Assembly (NCBI RefSeq): GCF_009914755.1
Contig: NC_060947.1
Strand: one strand, 5' to 3'
Source: the human T2T-CHM13v2.0 reference genome, Homo sapiens
Length of the DNA: 64,000 bases
The notes beneath the pieces are model-generated. The model was not told the origin of the DNA. It saw nothing but the letters and a program-made list of their open reading frames with translations, and did no database searches. The first letter of the stretch is position 1, and each line of letters opens with the position of its first letter. The position numbers and the translations under genes are program-made. Below are positions 27,751-42,320 of this stretch, in pieces.

Positions 27751-29467
27751 AATTGGACTTCATCAAAATAAAATACTTTTGTGCCTCAAAAGGCACTATC
27801 AAGAAAACAGAAAGAAAATCTACATAATGGGAAAATTATTTGCTAATTATGTATCTGACATAAGGAGCTTCAATATGTAAAAATCTCTTAGAAATTAAAA
27901 ATAAAAAGGTAAATAACCCAACTAGAAAATAGACAAAAAAAATTGAATAATTACATGAAAAGATCCTCAGCCTCTTTAGCCAAAAGAGAAATACACATCA
28001 AAATTACTTCATACACAGTATAATGACTGTTATCAAATAGATAACGAATGTTGACACAGATGTGGCAAAATTGGAACCTTCATATGCTACCGATAGGAAT
28101 GTAATTTGGAACCTTCATATACTGCTTTGGAACATTATTTGGCAGTTCCTCAATTATCTAAACAGAGTTACCCAACAATTCCACTTCTGGATATATACTG
28201 AGGAGAATTAAAAACACATATCCATCTCAAAAATTGTACATGAATTTTCATAATAGCAAGAAAGTGGAGGCAACTTAAATGTCCATCGACTGATGAATAG
28301 GTAAACAAAATATAGCATATCCACACAATAAAATATTATTCCAGAATTTAAAGAGAAGAAGTACTGATACATAGTATAAACATGAATGAACTTTGAAAAT
28401 ACTATACTAAAAGAATTCATTCACAAAACACCACATATGACATGTCCAGATTAGAATAATTATTAAGATAGAAAGTAGATTATTGGTTGCCTAGGACTGA
28501 AAGGCTTGGGATAAAATGGGGGTGATTGCCAATTGATGTGGGTTTTGGGGGGGATGTGATGAAATGTTCTAAAATTGACTGTGGTAAGACATAGAGAAAC
28601 TGGAGCAAGATGGTGGGATAGGACTCTTCAGCAGTCATCTCCCTGCAGAAACAATAATTTGAACAATTCTCCATACATGAAAATACCTTCACAAAATCTA
28701 AGAGAACCAGATGAGAGATCACAGTAGTTGGTTATAGCATAATAAAAAAAAGACGCATTGGAGAGGGTAGAAAGAACAGTGTGACATTACCTGCATTACC
28801 TCTCCCACAACTTCATGCAACACAGAGTGGGGACACATACCATCCTTTTTGGGAAAAGAGAGAAACTTTGCCTTAGATCCCAATACCGGGCCTGCCACAG
28901 TAGAACCCAGCACTGGGCACACCCCATGGTACCTGACTCCAGACTGGTGCCTTAGACTGAGGCTACAAACCTGCCTTGTTGCCAGAGGAAAACACTTAGC
29001 CCCTGCAAAATGAACTCAACTTTTAGCCTGCATCACTGATGGCCAACTACAACTGTAAAAAGAGACAAAAAATATTATATAATGATAAAATGGTTGATTT
29101 AGCAAGAGGATATAACTACTGTAAATATATATGCACTCAGCATTGAAGCATCTGCACACATGTGCAAATATTAATCAATCTGAAGGGAGAGATAGACTGC
29201 AATATAATAATATTATGGGACTGCAACTCATCACTTTCAACAGTGGAAAGATCATCCAGACAGAAAGTCAACAAAGAAACATCAGATTTAAACTGTACTC
29301 TAGAACAAATGTACCTAACAGACATTCATAGAATATTCCATGCAACAGCTGTAGAATACACATTCTTCTCAACTGCACATGGAACACTCTGGGAAAAAAT
29401 ATATATTTTAGTCCACAAAACAAGTCTTAACAAATTTAAGAAAACTGAAATCATATCATGTATTTGT

Positions 29468-29761
29468 TTTATTTTTTTGAGACAGGATCTCACTCTGTTG
29501 CCAAGGTTGGAGTGCAGTATTGTGATTATGTCTTACTGCACACTCCACCTCCTAGGCTTAAGTGATCCTCCCACCTCTGCTGGGACTACAGGTATATACC
29601 ACCATGCCTGCCTAACTTTTTAATTTTTTTTTTTTTTTTTTTGTGGAGACAAGATCTCACTATGTTGTCCTGGCTGATCTTGACCTCCTAAGCTCAATCA
29701 GCCCTCCCACCTCAGCCTCCCAAAGTGCTGGCATTACGGGCATGAGCTACACTCCCTGGCC
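29468..29761 (-). mobile_element. AluJ
   Basis: Diverged antisense Alu. Confidence 0.88.
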
Positions 29762-30985
29762 TCAAATATCTTTTTGACAAAAATAGTATAAAACTAGATT
29801 CAATAACAGAAGGAACTGCAGAAAATACATAAATACATGTATATTAAAAAACATGCTCCTGAATAACCAATGGATCAATAAAGAAGTTTAAAGGGAAATT
29901 AAAATTATTTTTCAGATATTACCTGCATTACCCCTTAAGGTCATTATTCCATGAAAATGGAAACACAATGTACTAAAACCTATGAGATACAGCAAAAGCA
30001 ATTCTAAGAAGGAAGTTAATAGCAATACACACCTATATCAAAAAAGAAGAAGAAGAAGAATCTCAAATAAACAACCTAATGTTGCATCACAGGGAATAAG
30101 AAAAACAAGAACAAACTAAACCTAAAATTAGTAGGAAAAAAGAAATAATAAAGATTGAAGCAGAGATAAATAAAACAGAATCTGTAAAAACAATATGAAA
30201 GATCAATAAAATGAAGAGTTGGTTTTTTTGAAAAGATAGACAAAATCAACAAACCTTTAACCATACTAAGAAAAAAAGAGAGGAGGCTCAAATAAATAAA
30301 ATAAGAGATGAACAAAGAGATATTAAAGCTGATATCACAGAAATGCAAAGGGTTGTAAGAGACTAGTATGAACAATAACATGCCAACATTTGATAACTTA
30401 GAATAAATGAATAATTTATTTGACACATATCCTACCAAGACTGAATTATGAAAAATAGAAAACCTAAACAGAGCAATAATAAGTAAGAAGATTGAATCAG
30501 TAATGAAAAATCTCTCATTAAAGGAAAGCACAGGGCTGATGGCTTCACTGTTGAATTCTACCAAAGATTTAAAGAACTAGTACCAATACTTTTCAAACTC
30601 TTCCAAAAAATTGAAGAGGAGGAAATACTTCCAAACTCATTCTATGAAGCCAGCCTTACCATAATATCAAAACCAGACAAAAAAGGAAAACTGTAGGTCA
30701 GTATCATTCATGAACATAGATGTAGAAATTTTCAAAAAATTATGAGCAAACTGAATTCAGTAACATATTACAAAAATCATTCATCATGATCAAATGAGAT
30801 TTCATCCCAGGGATGCAGGGTGGGGTCAACATATGCAAATCAATATACATAATATATCATAGTAACAGAATAAAGTGTAAAAATGTTATGATCATTTCAA
30901 TACATGCAAAAAAAATTTGAAAAAAATCCAACATCTTTTCATGATAAAAACTCTCAACAAATTAGGCATAGAAAATATGTATCTT

Positions 30986-31303
<318 letters not shown>

Positions 31304-34205
31304 TTAACAAAATAGATGCCACCTATGACAAATCTACTGCTAACCTCATATTCCACAGGGAAAAACTGAAAGCTTTTTTCTCTGATATCTGGAACAAGAC
31401 AAGAATACCTACCTTTGCCACTTCAATTTAACATAGTCCTAAGTCCTATCCAGGTCAATTATGAAAGAGAAAGAAATAAGACAGTGAACTATCTGAAAAA
31501 GAAATAAAACAATCTCATTTATAATAGCCACAAATAAAAATCCGTAGGAATAAAGTTAACCGAGGAGGTAAAAGATCTCTATGCTGAAAACTATAACACA
31601 CTGATAAAAGTAATTGAGGAGAGGAGAAAAAAATGGCAGATGGGAGACAGGGCTAACATGCAGCTCCTGCTTAGATGGACAGAACAGCATCTGGACACTC
31701 ACACTGTGAACTTTTGCTCTAAGAACCACTGCAGAAGCATAACAAAAAAAAAAAAAAATTCACAGACCCTTTGAAAGAAGTGGCTTTCCGCTGTGAATGT
31801 TGCAAGACAGACAAAACCCCTGAAGACAAAAACATACTCTCTTGGGAGCGCTATGGCCCTGCCCATCACCTGAGAAACCCAAGTATTCATTCAGGCCAGT
31901 GTAGGACAAGATTATATTCCTCTTCTACTCCTGCAGCTAATACTCCCTTGAAAGCACCACCTCCTGGCTAAAAGCCAAACAACTCAAGCCATTACAACAA
32001 CTCATAACAGAAGAAACCTGCTCCAAAGAAGGATAAAACAACTAATTCCACCACCTGCAACACCCTGGGTAGACAGAGTGTTGCACATGACAACTTCACT
32101 GCTAACATAACCAGCATTTGAGAAAACCAGACACTAAACAAAACTACAACCAAGGACTCCCACAGAATTGACTTAACTCCACTGCCACGTTCACTGGAAC
32201 AAGTGCTGGTATCCATGGCTAGGAGACCTAAAGATGGATCACATCACAGGTCTCTTTGCAAACATTCCCCAGCAACAGTCTGGAGACTGGTAGCCCCACT
32301 AGGTGGCTAGATCCAGAAGAGCAATAACACTCATGGCAGTCTGGCTCTCAGGAAGTTCTATCCATAAAGGAATGGGGAGAGTACCACATAGAGGGATCAC
32401 CTCATGGGACAAAAGAATCTGAACAGCAGCCCTTGAGTTCCAGATATTTCCACTGAAACAGTCTGCCCAAATGAGAAGGAACCAGAAAAGTAATGACCAA
32501 ACAAGGTTCTATAACACCCCCAAAAGATCACATTAGCTCTCCTGCAGTGGATTCAAACCAAGAAGAAATCTCTGAATTGCCAGATAAAGAATTCAAAAGA
32601 TGGATTATCAGGATACTCAAGGAGGCACCAGAGAAGGATGAAAACCAATTTAATGAAATTTTAAAAATAACAAAGAATATGGATGAAAAAGTCTCCAGAG
32701 AAATAGATCTCATAAAGAAAAGACAATCACAACTTCTGGAAATAAAAGACACACTGAGAAAAATGTGAAATACACTGAAAAATTTCAACAATAGAATCAA
32801 ACAAGTAGAAAAAAAGAACTTCAGAGCTCAAAGACAAGGTTTTTAAATTAACCAAATCCAACAAAACAGAACAAAAAAAGAAGACTAAAAAAATAAGCAA
32901 AGCCTCCAAGACATTTGGTATTATGTTAAATGACCAAACATAAGAATAACTGGTGTTCTTGAAGAAGAGAATAAATCTAAAAGTTAGGAAAACATATTTG
33001 AGGGAATAATTGAGGAAAACTTCCCTAGTGTTGCTAGAAATCTAGACATCCAAATACAAGAAGCTCAAAGAACACCCAGGAAACTCATTGCAAAAAGATC
33101 ATCACCTATGCACATAGTCATCCTATTATCTAAAGTCAAGGTGAAGGAAAGAATCTTAAGAGCTGTGATGCAATAGCATCAGGTAACTTATGAAGGAAAA
33201 CTTCTCAGATTAAGAGCAGATTTCTCAGCAGAAACTCTTTAAGCCAGAAAAGTTTGGGGTCCTATCTTTAGCCTCCTTAAAATAATGATCAGCCTCAAGT
33301 TTTGTATCCATCAAAACTAAGCTTCATAAATGAAGGAGAGATGAAGTCTTTTTCAGACAAACAAATGCTGAGAGAACTGGCCATTACCAAGCCAGTACTA
33401 AAAGAAATGCTAAAAGGAATCCTAAATCTTGAAAAAAACCTCAAAATCCATCAAAATAGAACCCCCTTAAAGCATAAATCTCACAGAACATATAAAACAA
33501 TAACACAGTGGAAAAAAAAACAAGATATTCAGGCAACAACTAGCATGATGAATAAAACAGTATCTTATATCTGAATACTAACATTGAATGTAAATTATCT
33601 AAATGCTTCACTTAAAAGATACAGAATGGCAGAATGAATAAAAATTCACCAATCAAGTGTCTGCTATCTTTAAGAGACTCGCCTGACACATAAGGACTCA
33701 CATAAACCTAAGGTAAAGGAGTGGAAAAAGATATTCCATGCAAATGAAGAAAATTGAGAAGGAATAGCTGTTCTTATATTAGAAAAAACAGAGTTTAAAG
33801 CAACAACAGTTAAAAAAGACAATGAGGGACACTATATCATGATAAAAGGATCAGTACAACAGGAAAATATCACAATCCTGAATATATATGCACCTAACGT
33901 GGGAGCTCCCAAATTTATATAACAATTACTAGTAGACAAATTAATGAGATATACAGCAACACAAAAATAGTGGAGGACTTTAATATTCCACTGAAAGCAC
34001 TAGACAGGTCATCAAGACAGAAAGTGAACAAAGAAACAATGGACTTAAACTATACCCTAGAACAAATGAACTTAACAGATATTTACAAAACATTCTACCA
34101 AAGAACTGAAAAGTATACACTCTTTACAACAGCACATGAAACTTTCTCCAAGATAGACCATATGATAGGCCACTAAGACTCAGTACATTGTTAAAAATCT
34201 AAATT

Positions 34206-34534
34206 ATTTGTTTTATTTTATTTTATTTTATTTTATTTTATTTCTTTTTATTGAGACAAAATCTCCCTCTGTTGCCCAGGCTGAAGTGCAGTGGCACAAT
34301 CTCGGCTCACCACAACCTCCACTTCCTGAGTTCAAGCAATTCTCCTGGCTTAACCTCCTGAGTAGCTGGGATTACAGGTGTGTGCCACCACACCCAGCTA
34401 ATTTTTGTATTTTTAGTAGAGATGGGGTTTCACCATGTTGGCCAGGCTGGTCTCAAATTCGTGACCTCAGGTGATCCACCTGCTTCAACCTCCCAAAATG
34501 CTGGGATTACAGGTGTGAGCCACCACGCCCAGCC
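34206..34534 (-). mobile_element. AluS with (TTTTA)n tail
   Basis: Antisense Alu inside L1PB ORF2. Confidence 0.93.
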
Positions 34535-37500
34535 AGAAAATTGAAATTATATTAAGTATCTTCTTAGACCATGGTGGAATAAAATTGAAAATAAACTCCA
34601 AAAGGAACCCTCAGAACTATACAAATACGTGGAAATTAAATAATCTGCTCCTAAATAATTCTTGGGTCAACTATGTTATCAAAATGGGAATTAAAAAATT
34701 ATTTGAACTGAATGATAATAGTGACAAAACCTGTTAAAACCTCTGGGATACAGCAAAAGTGATGATAAGAGAAATGCTCATAGCATTAAGTGCCTACATC
34801 AAAAAGTCTGAAAGGGTACAAACAGACAGTCTAAGCTAACACCTCAAAGAACTAGAGGAACAAGAACAAACCAAAGCCAAACCTAGCAGAAGAAAAAAAA
34901 ATAATAAAGATAAGAACAGAACTAAATTAAATTGAAATATAATTATACAAAAGATAAAAAAGCTGGTTTTTTGAAATGATAAGCAAAATTGATAGACAAT
35001 TAGTGAGATTAACCAAGAAAAGAAGCGAGAAGGTCTAAATAACCTTAATTAGGAACGAATGGGAGATATTACAACTGATACCACAGAAATATGAAATATT
35101 ATTCAAGACTACTATGAACACCTTTATATGCACAAACTTGAAAACCTAGAGGAGATGGATACATTCTTGAAAATATACAACCCTCCTAAATAAAGCCAGG
35201 AAGAAATAGAAACTCTGAACAGACCAATAACAATTCACGACATTGAAACAGTAATAAAAATTGCCAACAAAAAAAGTCCAGGACCAGATGGATTCACAGC
35301 TGAATTCTATCAGATATTCAAATAAGAATTACTACCAATCCTACAGAAACTATTTCAAAAGATAGAGGAAATCCTACTTAAAACATTCTATGAAGCCAGT
35401 CATTACCCTAATACAAAAACCAGGAAAGGACATAACAAAAAGGAAAACTACAGAACAAATGTCCCTGATGAACAGAGATGCAAAAATTCTCAACAAAATA
35501 TTAGCTAACCGAATTCAATGCATATCAAAGAGATAATACACCATGATCAAGTGGGTTTTATGCCAGGGATGCAGAGTGAGTGTAACATATGCAAGTCAAT
35601 ACATGTGATACACCACATAAATAGAAGTAAAAACAAAAATCATGATCATCTCAATAGATGCAGAAAAAAGCATTTAACAAAATCCAGCATTCGTTTATGA
35701 TTAAAACTCTCAGCAAAAATGGTATAGAGGGGACATACCTTAAGGTAATAAAAGTGATCTACGGAAAACACACAGCCAATATTATACTGAAGAGATAAAA
35801 GTTGAAAACATTCCCCTGAGACCTGGAATAAGACAAGGATGCCCACTTACATCACTTCTATTCAACATAGTACTAGAATTCCTAGCCAGAGCAATCTGAA
35901 AAGAGAAAGAAATAAAAGGCATCCAAATTGGTAATGAGGACATCAAGCTGTCACTGTTTGCCAATGATATGATCATATAAATAGAAAACCCTAAAGACTC
36001 ATCCAAAAAGTTCTTAGATCTGATAAATGAATTCAGCAAAGTTTCAGGATACAAAATCAATGTACACAAATCAGTAGCATTGCTATATACTAATAGTGAC
36101 CAAGCTGAGTGTCAAATCGAGAACTCAAACCCTTTTATAACAGCTGTTAGAAAAATTAAAACTTAGGAACATACCTACCAAAGAGGTGAAAGGTCTCTAT
36201 AAGGAAAACTACAAAAGAATGCTGAAAGAAATCATAGATGACAGAAACAAATGGAAACACATCCCATGCTCATGGATGGGTAGAATCGATATTGTTAAAA
36301 CGACCATACTGCCAAAAGAAATCTATAAATTCAATGCAATCCCCATCAAAATACCATCATAATTCTTCATAGTACTAGAAAAAAAATCCTAAAATGTATA
36401 TGGAACCAGAAAAGAGCCCACATAGCCAAAGCAAGACTAAGCAAAAAGAACAAATCTGAAGACATCACATTAACCAAGTTCAAACTACGTTATGAGGCTA
36501 TAGTTACCTTGTAATGTAGTATGATAGTGGTATAAAAACCGGCATGCAGACCAATAGAACAGTGAATCCGAAAATAAAGCCAAATATTTACAGCCAACTG
36601 ATCTTTGACAAAGCAAACAAAACATAAAGTGGGGAAAAGATATCCTATTCAACAAATGGTGCTGGGATAACTGGCAAGCCACATGGAGAAGAATGAAACT
36701 GTAGGCTCATCTCTCACCTTATACAAAAAACAAATCAAGATGGATCAAAGACTTAAATCTAAGACCTCAAACCATAAAAATTCTAGAAGATAACATTGTA
36801 AAAATAATGCTAGTCATTGGCCTAGGCAAAGAGTTCATGACCAAAAACCCAAAAGCAAATGCAACAAAAACAAAAATAAATAGATAGGACCTAATTAAAC
36901 TAAAGAGCTTCTGCACAGCAAAAGAAATAATTAGCAGAATAAACAGACAACCCACAGAGTGGGAGAAAATATTTGCAAACTATGCATCTGACAAAGGACT
37001 AATACCCAGAATCTACAAGGAACTCAAACAAGTCAGTAAAGAAAAAAAAAAAAACCCTAATTAATTCCATAAAAAAGTTGGCTAAGGACATGAATAGACA
37101 ATTATCAAAAGAAGATATACAAGTGGCCAAAAAACATATAAAAAATGCTCAACATTACTAATTATCTGGGAAATGCAAATCCAAACCACAATGCAATACC
37201 ACTGTACTTGTGCAAGAATGACTGTAAGTAAAAAATAAAAAAAAAATTTAGATATTGGTGTGGATATGGTGGAAAGGGAACTGCTTGTGAGAATGTAAAC
37301 TAGTACAACCACTATGGAAAACAGTATGGAAATTCCTTAAAGAACTAAAAGTAGAACTACCATTTGATCCAGCAATCTCACTACTGGGTATCTACCCAGA
37401 GAAAAATAAGTCATTATATGAAAAAGACACTTGCACACAAATGTTTAAAGCAGTACAATTTGCAATTGCAAAAATATAAAACCAGCCTAAATGCCCATCA

Positions 37501-37537
37501 ACCAATGAGTGGATAAAGTAATGTGATATGCAAGATT

Positions 37538-37538
37538 T

Positions 37539-37589
<51 letters not shown>

Positions 37590-37955
37590 CTATATCTATA
37601 TAGATATATAGAGTCTCATTCTGTCATATATATCTATATAGATATAGATATATAAAGATATAGATATATAGATAGAGAGAGTCTCACTCTGTCACCCAGG
37701 CTGGAGTGCAGTTGTGTGATCTTGACTCCCTGAAACCTCCACTTCCTTATTTCAAGTGATTCTTGTGCCTCAGCCACTCAAGTTGCTAGGATTACAGGTG
37801 CATGCCACCATGCCCAGCTAATGTTTGTATTTTTTAGTAGAGACAGGGTTTCTCCATGTTGCCCAGGGTGGTCTCTAACTCCTGACTTCAAGCAATCCAC
37901 CTGCCTTGGCCTCCCAAAGTGCTGGGATTGCAAGCATGAGCTACTGTGCTTGGCC
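37538..37955 (-). mobile_element. Alu (37672-37955) with tail-derived (TA)n(TG)n compound microsatellite
   Basis: Antisense Alu; repeats at 37538-37675. Confidence 0.9.
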
Positions 37956-39117
37956 TAAATGTGTTATACTATGGAATACTACTCAGCCATACAAAGGAAT
38001 AAAATGATGGCATTCACAGCAACCTGATGGAATTGGAGATCATTATTCTAAGTGAAGTAACTTATGAATGGAAAAATAAACATCATATCTTCTCACTTGT
38101 ATGTGGGAGTTAAGCTATGAGGATGCAAAGACATAAGAATGACATAATGGACTCTGGAGACTTGGGGTGAAGGGTTGGAGGGAGTGAGGAATAAAATACT
38201 ACACATTGGGTGCAATGTACACTAATCAGGTGATGGGTGCACCAAAATATCAGAAACCTCACCTAAATAACTTATCCATGTAACTAAATACCACCTGTTC
38301 CTCAAAACTAGTGAAATAATAATAATAAATTTTGAAAAGTAATCAAAGAAGACACAAATAAATGGAAAGCTATCCTGTGTTCATAAAGTAGAAGAATTAA
38401 TACTGTTAAAATGTCCATACTACACAAAGTAATATCTAGATTTAATGCAATTTCTATCAAGACAATTATGACATTCTTCACAGAAATAAATTTGTGCATT
38501 TAGAGCAAACAAATTTTTCACAAAGGTGCCAGAAACACAAAATGGGGAAAGGGGGCTTTTTAATGTATAGTGACATAAAAACCAGATATCCACCTGCAAA
38601 ATTAGATTCTTATCTCTCACCATATACAGAAAGCATCTCAAGATGGATTAAACACTTAAATGTAAGACCCAAAACTACTAACTGAAACCATGAATCTTCT
38701 AGAATTTAACATTGAGAAAAATCTCCATGACATTGGTCTGGAGAATGATTTTTTAGATAAAATCTCAAAAGCACAGATAGCAAAAACAAAAACAGTCAAA
38801 TGGAATTGCATCAAACTAAAAAGCTCCAGCACAGCAAAGGAAACAATCAACAGAGTGAAGAGACAACCTACAGAATAGGAGAAAATATTTGCAATCTATA
38901 CATATAAGGGATTAATATTTAAAATATATAAGGAACTCAAACAACTCAGTAACAAGAAAACCTGATTAACAAATAGAAGGACTGAATAGACATTTCTCAA
39001 CAGAAGACATACAAATGTCCAACAAGTATATGAAAAAATACTCAAGAAAACTAATCATCAGTAAAATGCAAATCAAAACCACAATAAGATGTCACCTCAC
39101 TCCCATTAGAATGGCTA

Positions 39118-39467
39118 TGCCACATTTTGGCTGTTTGCGCCTTCTGAAATTCGTATTGAAATTTCACACTAATTTTAACAGTATTAAGAGGGTGGGAAAT
39201 CTGACTATGGTGTTTGGGTGGAGCATTAGTGGGTTTATAAGTGGAGAAAGTGACACCTGAGCTAGCATGGTTAGCCCTCTTGTCATATGATTTCCTGCAC
39301 CATCAGGGACTCTGCAGAGTTCCCCCTGGCAAGAATGTTCTCACCAGATGCAGCCTGTCAATCTTGGACTTCCCAGCCTCCAGAATCATGAGGTAAAGAA
39401 ACCTTTATTTTTTATAAATTTCTTTTCTCAAATATTTAGTTATAGCAACATCAAGCAAATGAAGACA
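39118..39467 (+). mobile_element. MST-type (MaLR) solo LTR
   Basis: Interrupts L1 between ggcta and agcta; ccagatgcagc...ttggacttcccagcctccagaa...gttatagcaaca...agaca. Confidence 0.8.
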
Positions 39468-40302
39468 AGCTATTGTCAAAAAGACAAAAGATAACAAGTG
39501 TTGGCAAGCATGTAAGGAAAAAGAAACTCTTGCACACTGTTAGTGGAAATATAAATTAGTACAACCATTATGGAAAATTTTATGGAGGTTCCTAAAAATG
39601 TTAAAAAAAGAGCTACTATATGATGTTACTACTGGTTATATATCAAAACAAAATGAAATCAGTATGTACAAAAGGTATTTTCACTCCCATGTTTATTGCA
39701 GCATTATTTACAGTAGCCAAGATATGGAATCAACCCAACTGTCCATCAACAGATAAATGAATAAGGAAAATATGGTATATACACAGTGGAATACTATTCA
39801 TTCATTGAAAAGAAGGAAATCCTGCCATTTGCATCAACATGGATGAACCTGGAGGATATTAAGTGAAACAAGCCAGGCACAGGAAGACAAATACCACATG
39901 CTTTCACTCATATATGTGGTGAGTAGAATGGTGGTTCCTAGAGGCTGGAGTGATTAAGCGGGAGAGGGGATGGGAGGATATTGGTCAAAGAATACATAAT
40001 TACAATTAGGGGGAATAAGTTTAAGAGATCTATTTGTAGCATGATTGCTATAGTTAATGAAGATATACTGTATTCTTAAAAAATGCAAAGAGTGAGTGTT
40101 AAGTGTTCTCACCACACAAATGCTATGTGAGGTAACAGATGTATATGGACTTCAAAATATCATGTCATAGATGATAAATATGTAAAATTTTATGTCAATT
40201 AGATATATAATGAAAAATTAAAATACATTGTGGTTATGATTGCATAACTCTGTGAATGTACTAAAATCTATCGAGTTGTGTATTTTAAATAAGTGAAATA
40301 GG

Positions 40303-40942
40303 GGCCAGGTGCAGTGGCTCACACCTGTCATCCCAGCACTTTGGGAGGCTGAGGCAGGCAGATCACTTGAACTCAGGAGTTCAAGACCAGCCTGGGTAGC
40401 ATGGTGAAACCCTGTCTCTACAAAAAATAAAAAAATTAAAAATTAAAAAAAAAATAACTGGGCTTGGTGGTGAATGCCTGTGGTCCCAGCTACTTGGGAG
40501 GCTGAGTTAGGAGGGTTGCTTTAGCACAGGAAGTTGAGGCTGCAGTGAGACCAGATCATGCCACCGTACTCCAGCCTGGGTGACAAAGTGAGACCCTGTC
40601 TAAAAAATAAAAATAAAGTCCGGGCGCGGTGGCTCACGCCTGTAATCCCAGCACTTTGGAAGGCCGAGGCGGGCAGATCACGAGGTCAGGAGATCGAGAC
40701 CATCCTGGCTAACACCGTGAAACCCTGTCTCTACTAAAAACACAAAAAATTAGCCGGGCGTGGTGGTGGGCGCCTGTATTCCTAGCTATTCGGGAGGCTG
40801 ACGCTGGAAAATGGCGTGAACCCAGGAGGCGGAGCTTGCAGTGAGCCGAGATCGTGCCACTGGACTCCGGCCTGGGCGACGGAGCGAGACTCCGTCTCAA
40901 AAATAAATAAATAAATAAGTAAATAAAATAAAAAATAAAAAA
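40303..40942 (+). mobile_element. AluJ (40303-40617) followed by AluY (40617-40942)
   Basis: Two Alu bodies; second is CpG-rich with AluY diagnostics. Confidence 0.92.
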
Positions 40943-41039
40943 GTTAAGTATATGATACTGAATTATATCTCAATAAAAATTCAAAAACTAGTAAATAGCT
41001 AAATATTTATATAAGGAATATATTTGCTGAAGTATATGA

Positions 41040-41676
<637 letters not shown>

Positions 41677-42017
41677 CTTTTACTAGCTTTAACACACTAA
41701 ATAATGAGTAGCTTTGGAAACTAAACATACTCTCTTTAAAGTATTGGCAAAATTAAGTTTAATAATTAAAGGTGTTAATATTACCCTGTCATTTTCCATT
41801 CTCTAGAACCTATCTTCTTGTAGTTCTTTTCTAGTTTGTTCCAACAGTATAAATATATGCGACCAGACATATGTGGTCACAATTGTAGAATATATGCTGC
41901 AAAGACGAATCATTACAACTCTCCTCTCTCCAAAGAAAACAGTTTCATTTTGGGGCATGTTTGTTAATTAGCCCTACTGAAAGGAGATTCTACTTCAGTC
42001 TTTTATTGCTGTAGTGA

Positions 42018-42320
<303 letters not shown>

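Larger units (their letters stand above)
31621..38334 (+). mobile_element. Near full-length L1PB (L1PB1-like), decayed ORFs
   Basis: L1PB-type 5' UTR, ORF1 remnant (32493-33500), ORF2 remnant, 3' end gggtgcaccaaaat...ccacctgttc; degenerate TSD aaaagtaattgagga / aaaagtaatcaaaga. Confidence 0.87.
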
